From Gemmatimonadales bacterium (lineage in GTDB: Bacteria; Gemmatimonadota; Gemmatimonadetes; Gemmatimonadales; GWC2-71-9), in NCBI GenBank assembly GCA_037189525.1, contig JBBCJC010000005.1:704001-768000 (forward strand): a stretch of DNA of 64,000 bases, in the 5' to 3' direction. The translations under genes were made by a program, and so were the position numbers. The notes under the pieces are model-generated. The model did no database searches and had not been told where the DNA came from. It saw only the letters and a list, made by a program, of their open reading frames with translations. Shown here piece by piece: positions 22,112-29,910 of the stretch. Position 1 is the stretch's first letter. Every line of letters begins with the position of its first letter.

Positions 22112-23308
22112 TCAACCAGCCTTGTCCGCCGCGTCCAAGGACAGGGCTGGCCGAGCCACATACCTCCGGACGCGGCGTGCGATAATTGCTCCTATACGCC
22201 CTGACTCCGTAACAACATTCGCACGAACGGACAAGCCGTTCCGAAGCCAATCTAACGAATCTGCTACGCGGTCTACATCGACCTCAACACGAAACACCCC
22301 AGCCTCCGCGACCCGGTATTGAGCAGTTGTACGATCCGCTGGCTGAAATCCAACGTAGCGAACGTGCCCGTCCAACCTTAGATTCGCCCCTCCCCGATTA
22401 GGAAGAACATCGATACGAACACGAGCACCGAGTGGAATCTCCGCGATATCCCGCTCCTTGAAGAACGCGGTTACCGACCATTTCCCACTCTCGCCAATCT
22501 GCGCAATAGCTTCACCTTCAGCAACAACTCGGCCTACCGCGTGCCTAAGTCCGTCGGAAAGAATAACTCCGTCAACTGGCGCAACAACCAGACTCCTGCG
22601 GAGCGAGGACTCGACTAGACGTCTACGCGCACGAGCCGCATCAACCGCAGACAATCCGCGAGATATCCGAAGGCTATCTGCCCTTAACGCAACCAGCGAT
22701 GCCCTAGCTGCCGAAATAGCGGCCAATGCAGCACGTAAATCTGCAACTGCAATATCCAACGCAACATGCTGGCCCTCCGAATACGTTGCCAGAACCGAGT
22801 CGACATCAGCAACGACGTTATGGTCCGTTAGGACAGACCTTAACCGAGCACGATGGGCAACGGCTATTGCCTCCGCACGAGCGACTTCGAATTCCTGACG
22901 ACTGATCTCTTGGGGGATCGACAGTCGCACGCCATCTAGCGACAATCCCGCATCGCGCAAGTCTGCATCAGCAAGAGAGCCTTCGAGCAACAGCATTTCA
23001 CTATCTAGTGAGAACAATGAATCCCCGGCTTCCACTACCTCGCCGCCATCGGCATACACCGCCACGATACGCCCGCTTCTCTGAGCCCGAACATCAACCA
23101 CCTGATGGTGCTCGATAAAACCTGATCCTGCTGACACTAAGTCGATCGGCAACAAAAAAAGGCACGCCGCAATCGCCAAAAACGAAATCACAATCCAACG
23201 GCGAATTGCCCGTACGATTCGCTCCACCATACGGACGACAGGCCCATTGAGGGTGATTTCCTGACCTACCCCCCTCTCGCCATCTCGGATCAATCGGCCT
23301 GAAGACAT
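22112..23308 (-). CDS. HlyD family secretion adaptor (membrane fusion protein)
   Basis: N-terminal TM, lipoyl half-motifs (VRAQRSGRIVAVYADGGEVVEAGD; VVAPVDGVI...VAEGE) around an Ala-rich coiled coil, C-terminal LRNGLSVRA. Confidence 0.85.
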   Translation of the reverse strand: MSSGRLIRDGERGVGQEITLNGPVVRMVERIVRAIRRWIVISFLAIAACLFLLPIDLVSAGSGFIEHHQVVDVRAQRSGRIVAVYADGGEVVEAGDSLFSLDSEMLLLEGSLADADLRDAGLSLDGVRLSIPQEISRQEFEVARAEAIAVAHRARLRSVLTDHNVVADVDSVLATYSEGQHVALDIAVADLRAALAAISAARASLVALRADSLRISRGLSAVDAARARRRLVESSLRRSLVVAPVDGVILSDGLRHAVGRVVAEGEAIAQIGESGKWSVTAFFKERDIAEIPLGARVRIDVLPNRGGANLRLDGHVRYVGFQPADRTTAQYRVAEAGVFRVEVDVDRVADSLDWLRNGLSVRANVVTESGRIGAIIARRVRRYVARPALSLDAADKAG

Positions 23309-23310
23309 AA

Positions 23311-25023
23311 CTATGATCCGTTCTCGACCAGGTTCGCGGCAATCCTGCGACGCGGGTCGCGGGTCTCTGACGTCCCTTCAAACGTGTATACTCTGTCAGC
23401 AAACTGAGCTATTGGAATCCGATGGGTAACCATGACAACGGTGGTTCCACTCAACCAACTTCTCATTCGCGACAACACCTCAGCCTCTGTCTTTGTGTCA
23501 AGCTGCGACGTCGGCTCATCGAGAAGCACAAGAGGCGCTCGTCGCGCCAAGGTCCGGGCTAACGCAATACGCTGCCTTTCTCCACCAGACAATGCCACAC
23601 CTCCCTCTCCGACGCGCGTATTCAAACCGTTTGGAAGGCGTTGACAGAGGTCATGAAGCCCACAGACTTCAACAACGTCAGAAACAACATTTCTCGAGAT
23701 TGGAAAGGGCGCGAAAGTGATGTTGTCCACAATCGACCCCCGAATGAGCCCATACTCCTGCCACATAACAGCGATTGAATGGCGCCAATCTGTCAGATCC
23801 ATATCGTTAAGCGACATTCCATCCACATAGACGCCCCCTGACCCCGCCTCAGCAAACCTTGCAGCAAGCCGAATGAGCGTCGTCTTGCCTACTCCAGTCG
23901 TACCCATGACGACGGAAACAGTACCGGATGGAAACGCCAAATCAGGGAATACCAATACCGACTCCGGTGACTCCAATACCACTTCAACACCCGAAAAAGA
24001 TAGACTCGGAGCCGTTGAGCGCGCCGGACGACCTCGCTCAACTCGTCGAACGTCTTCAGGCACGCTGTCGATGTATTCAAATACCCGAGATGCAGCAACC
24101 GCCGTATGCTGAAGGTTCTGAACCAATCCGACCCACTGTCCGACAGGACCTACAAGAAGCCCGAGATATGCGGAGAACGACAGAAACTCCCCCAACGAGA
24201 TTACATCAGCAAGAATCATGTTCCATGCTACCCACGACAAGTACAGCATTGAGACAGCCCGAATAAGGCCATGAGCAAAGCCAAACCCGGCACCAAGTGC
24301 AGACGCACTTACGGAAGTCGATGCAGTAGCAGTATGTAACGCAATCGATTCCTTCACCAATGCCGCCTCAACACCGAGCGCCTTCGTAGTAGCTACTTGG
24401 GCAAGAACGCTTACCTGATGAGATGTCAACTCGGCCGAGGCTTCGATCGCTCGTCGATGCGCCGCGCGAAGTACCCGTGCAGACGCAATCGTCAAAGCAA
24501 CAGTGGCGACAACAGACACGAACGCGATTGACGCGAGGCGCCCGTCAATTGCGAAGAGCAATGGCGGAATAATGAGGAGAAACGGCGTTGTTCCAACGAT
24601 TGTATCTAACACGCCAACCAGGGAGCCGAGGGAAGCACGAACATCCCCGAACCGACTCGCAATCTGCCCTACTTGATTACCATCGTGAAATCGAATCGGC
24701 AGATCATGAACGTGAGCGAGGAGCCGTGCCCCAATCTCCGCGTTCAATCGCGCCATCAGCACGGCACTGAGATAAGATCGAACAAACGTCACTAGGGATG
24801 CAAACATTGTGACAACAAATGACGCCGCAAGCACAACAGCAAGCAGCCCAGTACTCCCAGCTGGGTACACGCTATCCACTAGAAGTTTTGTGAAGTAGGG
24901 TGCCGGCAGCGCCAAAAGCGATATCGATACGGTCAGACCAGCAACCCGTGCCATCGCACGCCAATGGCTCTTGGCCAACCGCGCAAGCCTAAACAATAGC
25001 CCGAGCGGAGAACTAGCATCCAT
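23311..25023 (-). CDS. ABC exporter (TMD+NBD), LanT-like, without C39 peptidase domain
   Basis: TM domain begins within about 25 aa of the start. Walker A GTTGVGKTT, signature LSGGERQR, Walker B LVLLDEPT, H-loop VTHR. Confidence 0.92.
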   Translation of the reverse strand: MDASSPLGLLFRLARLAKSHWRAMARVAGLTVSISLLALPAPYFTKLLVDSVYPAGSTGLLAVVLAASFVVTMFASLVTFVRSYLSAVLMARLNAEIGARLLAHVHDLPIRFHDGNQVGQIASRFGDVRASLGSLVGVLDTIVGTTPFLLIIPPLLFAIDGRLASIAFVSVVATVALTIASARVLRAAHRRAIEASAELTSHQVSVLAQVATTKALGVEAALVKESIALHTATASTSVSASALGAGFGFAHGLIRAVSMLYLSWVAWNMILADVISLGEFLSFSAYLGLLVGPVGQWVGLVQNLQHTAVAASRVFEYIDSVPEDVRRVERGRPARSTAPSLSFSGVEVVLESPESVLVFPDLAFPSGTVSVVMGTTGVGKTTLIRLAARFAEAGSGGVYVDGMSLNDMDLTDWRHSIAVMWQEYGLIRGSIVDNITFAPFPISRNVVSDVVEVCGLHDLCQRLPNGLNTRVGEGGVALSGGERQRIALARTLARRAPLVLLDEPTSQLDTKTEAEVLSRMRSWLSGTTVVMVTHRIPIAQFADRVYTFEGTSETRDPRRRIAANLVENGS

Positions 25024-25144
25024 GATGTATCATATGTGTACGTAGCGTATGCCAAGGCGATCGGCTAGGAAGAGTATCCCCAGGGGGGTGTAAGCCAGAC
25101 TCGATCCACAGCGGCAGGAGGTTAGTCACTAACCGCGGCATCGG

Positions 25145-26005
25145 CTAGGCATCCCGAAGACGAACGTCGGCTCCCACCTCGGACAACATAAAAGCACAGA
25201 AAGCCTCATCTGCAACTGTCAGCCCAATCCGATTGCTGGTCATATGAAGCAGCGACGCGGCCGTCCAATCACACACTTTCTCAGCTTGTACCCCTCCCAG
25301 TAGTTCTGTGAGCCCAAGCCGGTATTGCTCGCAGGAAGTTCTATAAGAATCGAGCGCGTCCGACATTGACTGATTCGCAATCAGGCAGTCTGTAGTCGCG
25401 CCAACGATCTCCTCTATCCGACCGCGCTGCTCTGGAAAGCTAGCTTCAAAACGACTGCGAAGTTGTGCAGCCCGCTCTGAAAGCGCACGCCCCCCGAGAC
25501 AACCCTCAAAGTATCGTTGAAAGAAAGCCTTACGCCCCTTCTGCAGTGCGTAAGCAATTACCAGCATTGCAAGCAACCCCTGACCAATCACGTTTGCTCT
25601 GGTTCGCTCGGGCCGTTCCAAGTATATGCAAGCGAACCGAGTCGATGCCACAAAATGCCGCTCAGCAAACTCCAGTGCCGCTACCCCCCCGTAACGCACC
25701 ACTTCAGGCTCATAAGCAACCCACGAAGGCTGCGGTGCAGCCGCGTTCGGTGCCACACTTGCGCGAACTCTGCCGACCTGCAACAATAGCTGCTCGATAT
25801 CCCGTCGGCTAGTTTCCTGTTCGACCATACAAAAACGATATCGAACATGGGGGCCAGTTTCATCGAAATATCTAACAAAAAACCAGTGCGCCGTCGCCAT
25901 GGTCGACAAGGCAAGTGCATTAGCTACGGCCGCGACTTGACCATCCACATCGGTCCCATATATGTCCCGTGAACAGGGCAAATGTATACTCAGCCATTGT
26001 TGCAT
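25145..26005 (-). CDS. Standalone LanB glutamate-elimination domain (Lant_dehydr_C / thiopeptide-type biosynthesis domain)
   Basis: WLSIHL, WFFVRY...GPHVRYRF, YEPEVVRYGG...AERHF, LHMTSNRIG...E. ATG 26005 lies 1 nt after the LanB-N stop (286 aa). Confidence 0.9.
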   Translation of the reverse strand: MQQWLSIHLPCSRDIYGTDVDGQVAAVANALALSTMATAHWFFVRYFDETGPHVRYRFCMVEQETSRRDIEQLLLQVGRVRASVAPNAAAPQPSWVAYEPEVVRYGGVAALEFAERHFVASTRFACIYLERPERTRANVIGQGLLAMLVIAYALQKGRKAFFQRYFEGCLGGRALSERAAQLRSRFEASFPEQRGRIEEIVGATTDCLIANQSMSDALDSYRTSCEQYRLGLTELLGGVQAEKVCDWTAASLLHMTSNRIGLTVADEAFCAFMLSEVGADVRLRDA

Positions 26006-26006
26006 C

Positions 26007-28775
26007 TTACCCCAACGTAGTTCGGACCGGCAGCGGAGACCCCGGAATAGTAAGGTGCACCACCAACTCAGTCGCCAAATGCCCTTCCGCACACTCAGCG
26101 GACTCCTCGCACCTTGGCCAACGCTCTTCAACGTGCAACACACTAATCCCTGCGGATGCAATCATCCGACAGAACAGACGGACAAACAGGGGATTCACAA
26201 AGTCAATGTACTGGGGTTTCCAGCGCTCGGCCCATGCTGCGGCCTGTCGACGTGCTTCATAATCGTCACCGCGACCAGGGGCTTCAGCCTCTTCTTTTGG
26301 CGTGGTAGCTTCGCCCTTGTCCACCTTCGGCATCGGCCTAATCCTAACAAAGCAGTCAAGCGGCAGACTTGAGTCCACTAGCCACCGATGAAATCGCTCA
26401 AAGAACTCCGCATTACCTTCGCCCGATCTCTGAGCTGGAACGATCGACGAGGAAAACATCCACACCTGTCTCGATAGAACAAGGGCACCATCAAACGTAA
26501 AACGCGGCCGATGCACGATGCCGTCAGGCACCGGAGCAGCGACCGAGACTTCGTTGGGGATTGGAACTGAAACCGTGGACGCTGGTACGAACCGCGCCAA
26601 CAGCTGGTAGAGCGGCGGCTGCCGCTGAATATTCAGAAACCCAAGATCCACCGGAACAACGCGACGACCAGTTGCCTTGTGGCGGAGTATTAAAGAGTTC
26701 TGATCTACTGGATGCCGCCACACCTCGAGGTCATGACACTGAACGCTTCCCTCCGAACACGAGGTCTCTGTCGAGGGATGGAGAATTTCGTAAGGCAAAA
26801 CCTTCTCCCGCAGATTGCCATTAAAGAAAGCCCCTCCCGATATCTCAGCATAGATGGTATCATCGTCATCGTCTTCGATAAAAGCATCACCGACGAGACG
26901 ACGACGGATCTTTTCCTCAAAAAGGTATAGAAAACGTGAGTAGTACTTTCCGAACCCGACAACAAGTCGTCCATCTTGTACGATCGCCTGAGCCGGAAGT
27001 CCTTCTGGCTGAACAAGCTGAACGAATGCTCCGAGAGACACCCTGTCTTGCGGTCTCTCCATAACTGCCCCGCCTTGGTTCAGCGCGGCGACTAACTCGT
27101 TCGTCGTTATGTCAGCCGCTTCGCACCCGTTCGCGCCGACCCACTTATCTACAAATAGCTTCCGGAGGTTATCCCTCGCAGCAGCTGTCGCCATCGTATA
27201 ATCACGCATCGAAGTAGTATGTGCATCGGGACGCTGTCGCTGAGGCCCCGATGCCTTATCACCACGAAGCCTCTCCAATCGTGGCTTCATTACCTCACGC
27301 GCATAGTCCTCGTAGTAAGTGAGCAAGGGTACAGGAGTAGCTCCTTGGTAGTAGAAATCATAGAACGACCTCATACTCGCCTGCTCATCACGTGGCCATC
27401 CTGTTGTAAGTAGCAGAGTAGCGAAACGCCTGAGTGTCCCCTGCCATGAGCGCTCGGGATCCTGATCTACCACGCGCGCACTGGCAGCGGCTGTAGCATC
27501 CTCGAAGAAAAGCTCCGGGAGCCCCTGGAGAGGTGCTTTTAGCGCTGCAAGGACGTCCGCCACTAGGCTGCGAACTCTACCGGCTAAAAGCTGACGGTCG
27601 GTGCCATTCGCCACCTCCATCGCCCGGTGTAGCTCCATCTGACTCCGAATAAACGTAGCAACAATACCTCCAGCCGGAGTTCCACTTGCCTCCGCCCAAC
27701 GAAGAGTTCGCACATCCCAATCAGACGACGTAGTGCGCGCAATCGGACGGAACCGAATCAACCCAACTCCGATCAGCTTTCTTACGTAGGCATCTGCCTC
27801 TTCGACTGACGCATCGATGGATTTACAATCTGATATATCGCGGACCACTTGATCGTAGGTCCTCTCAGCTGTTGCCGACAGCACTCTTAACACCTCGTCA
27901 AGAGCAGCATTCGGTGCCACTCGTTGGAAGACTTCGCGTCCGCCAATATCAGCCAAGAAGACTGGGCCGTTACCGGACATCTGAAGGGTTGGATTGAGCT
28001 CAACCGTAAGCCCACCAAAGATGGTGGGCGTTGTAGTCATCATTGACCACAGCACACCCAGCAAAGCCGCATTCGGACGAACCTGTGACTGCAATTCATG
28101 TGGCGTTCCGCACAATCGTAGGCGCATATCGCCGTCATCAGCAGCAGATAGAACTGATCCTGGTACTACGACACACAAGCGACCAAAGGGAGTCGCCTTC
28201 ATTCCCATGCGTGAGACATACTTCAGAAGCCCTTGCTCCGTCTTCTCATCACGGCGTTTTGGCCTGTCAGGCTCGTAACGAAGGATAGCTTCCATTAAAG
28301 ACTGACTTGTCAAGGCAACAGTCGCAAGCAGGTTCTTGTCCCGAGCAAGAACGCTGAGCTTAGCTCGGACTTCCTTCATAGAATCTGGAAATGACGACAC
28401 CATCTGCGCGTAAAGTCGGTCACGGTCTTTCAGTCGACCCAGATAGGTGTTGACCAGATCCCTTGTATCACTTGGCAACTCCCCAAGGATGAGCTGCAGG
28501 CCACCATCGGGTGGCTGAATACGCTTAAATAGCTGACGGCGTACGTTAATCATATTCCGACGAGCCGACGCGATCGAACTAGCCCCGACGGCTTTGTGGA
28601 TACCGTCTGAAACCGCCTGAGCAGTACCCTTCAACTGTAGCTCGATCGCGCGAATGCCTTCCAAGGTACTGACGAGCGACGAGGCTCGTAGTCGCTCAAC
28701 AGCCTCAATCGTCAGCGCACCGGCCCGGCATATGTAGGTAGAGGAGATCATATCGAAATTCTCAAACATAGACAT
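26007..28775 (-). CDS. lanB: Lanthipeptide dehydratase, glutamylation domain (split LanB, N-terminal part)
   Basis: 922 aa; KYVSRMGMKATPFG, GKYYSRFL, FNGNLR, PRFTFDGALVLSRQVW, KPQYIDF...VEERWP...ELVV. Confidence 0.9.
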   Translation of the reverse strand: MSMFENFDMISSTYICRAGALTIEAVERLRASSLVSTLEGIRAIELQLKGTAQAVSDGIHKAVGASSIASARRNMINVRRQLFKRIQPPDGGLQLILGELPSDTRDLVNTYLGRLKDRDRLYAQMVSSFPDSMKEVRAKLSVLARDKNLLATVALTSQSLMEAILRYEPDRPKRRDEKTEQGLLKYVSRMGMKATPFGRLCVVVPGSVLSAADDGDMRLRLCGTPHELQSQVRPNAALLGVLWSMMTTTPTIFGGLTVELNPTLQMSGNGPVFLADIGGREVFQRVAPNAALDEVLRVLSATAERTYDQVVRDISDCKSIDASVEEADAYVRKLIGVGLIRFRPIARTTSSDWDVRTLRWAEASGTPAGGIVATFIRSQMELHRAMEVANGTDRQLLAGRVRSLVADVLAALKAPLQGLPELFFEDATAAASARVVDQDPERSWQGTLRRFATLLLTTGWPRDEQASMRSFYDFYYQGATPVPLLTYYEDYAREVMKPRLERLRGDKASGPQRQRPDAHTTSMRDYTMATAAARDNLRKLFVDKWVGANGCEAADITTNELVAALNQGGAVMERPQDRVSLGAFVQLVQPEGLPAQAIVQDGRLVVGFGKYYSRFLYLFEEKIRRRLVGDAFIEDDDDDTIYAEISGGAFFNGNLREKVLPYEILHPSTETSCSEGSVQCHDLEVWRHPVDQNSLILRHKATGRRVVPVDLGFLNIQRQPPLYQLLARFVPASTVSVPIPNEVSVAAPVPDGIVHRPRFTFDGALVLSRQVWMFSSSIVPAQRSGEGNAEFFERFHRWLVDSSLPLDCFVRIRPMPKVDKGEATTPKEEAEAPGRGDDYEARRQAAAWAERWKPQYIDFVNPLFVRLFCRMIASAGISVLHVEERWPRCEESAECAEGHLATELVVHLTIPGSPLPVRTTLG

Positions 28776-29270
28776 TTCACGAAGTCGACCGAGCCTTGTA
28801 ACGAGCGTAGCTGTAGGAGCACTGAACTCGCCTAGTCTACCTGAACGTGCCCGATCTACAACGAATCGACAGACTCATGGGAATCAATGCCATCACCTGA
28901 AGCACCATTCGCGGTTTCACCTTGATGGACGGTTCAAGTTACTGGGCCCAATACAGCACATACAGAGCGGCCTGCAATATCTCTATGATTTGCATCACCG
29001 CCCACCTCACGCCACCGGCTGCATAAAACCACCCTTCGATCCCACCAGCGGTGGGCGTCACCACTCCTTTACCGGTGGCAACCTTGGATCGCAATGGCTT
29101 TGCCGAATTTTAGGTAGCTCGCCTCGCGGAAACATTAGATCAAGAACGATGTCGCAGTCCATTGCCGACAAGTATCGCGAGAGGTCGCTACGACCATAAG
29201 AACACCACGCATCAAGACCTGCTGAAGCCAGGCGAGGCGCAGCAGACAATCCGCCTATGAGGCTAAGGAA

Positions 29271-29612
29271 CTAGCACGGGGATATGTCGCTACAACCGCA
29301 ACTACATTGCGTAAACTCGCCTGCACCGACGGTGGTTTGGCACCCACAAGCCGTAGTACACGATATTTCCGTACAAAAGTGCCCTTGACTACACCGCCAA
29401 TCCATACTCTCGGTGCCCGTCCCAGTACACGGATTGCACGTATTCATTCCACAGCTGTTCGTTCCGCAGGTGTCGCCACATGTACCGCAGGTCTGAAGAC
29501 AGGTGCTGCCGACGTGCGACGCACCGCTGTAACCCTCTACCGTTAAATCAGCAGGCGACGTATCGAATGACTCGACTTCGAGGTCATCCAGGTTCAGCTT
29601 GAGCTTTGCCAT
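29271..29612 (-). CDS. lanA: Lanthipeptide precursor (LanA) with pinensin-type leader and long Cys/Thr/Ser-rich core
   Basis: Leader MAKLKLNLDDLEVESFDT...TVEG, then 86 aa with 16 Cys, 15 Thr and 10 Ser. GAGGG RBS (29620-29624) 7 nt before the ATG; located between lanB and lanC. Confidence 0.9.
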   Translation of the reverse strand: MAKLKLNLDDLEVESFDTSPADLTVEGYSGASHVGSTCLQTCGTCGDTCGTNSCGMNTCNPCTGTGTESMDWRCSQGHFCTEISCTTACGCQTTVGAGEFTQCSCGCSDISPC

Positions 29613-29910
29613 TGCTCTACCCTCAAGTTATAAGATTATTAGACTGTGTATTGCTGACCTCGCCTGACAATCCAGTGAACCCGACGACCCTTTCGTACCG
29701 CCAGTCGCCATCATGTGTATGTTTAGCGTACCGAAGCGTACCAATTAGGAGAGGACGCTTACACGGCTAGCGCCAACCAAGACACCGAACACAGTACCCC
29801 CTAATCGGACACCGCTGAGCCTACTGCGATCCGTCGTACGTACTTGCGTACCTTAAGAAGTAATCTTAGAATTGCGAAATCGACTAACCTGAGAATGGAA
29901 CTTACCCGCC

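Noticed and set aside
25145..28775. Thiopeptide cluster, since split LanB and the standalone elimination domain also occur there
   Set aside because: No YcaO cyclodehydratase, azole dehydrogenase or second elimination-like pyridine synthase is present, while a LanC with intact zinc ligands is.
28990..29249. Short ORFs between lanA and lanB as a second precursor or immunity gene
   Set aside because: No leader motif, no Cys/Ser/Thr-rich core, no convincing RBS or TM segment.
29271..29612. Metallothionein or radical-SAM (ranthipeptide/sactipeptide) substrate
   Set aside because: It has a lanthipeptide-type leader, lies between lanB and lanC, and no radical SAM gene (CxxxCxxC) is in the island. 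Metal binding by residual Cys is not excluded.
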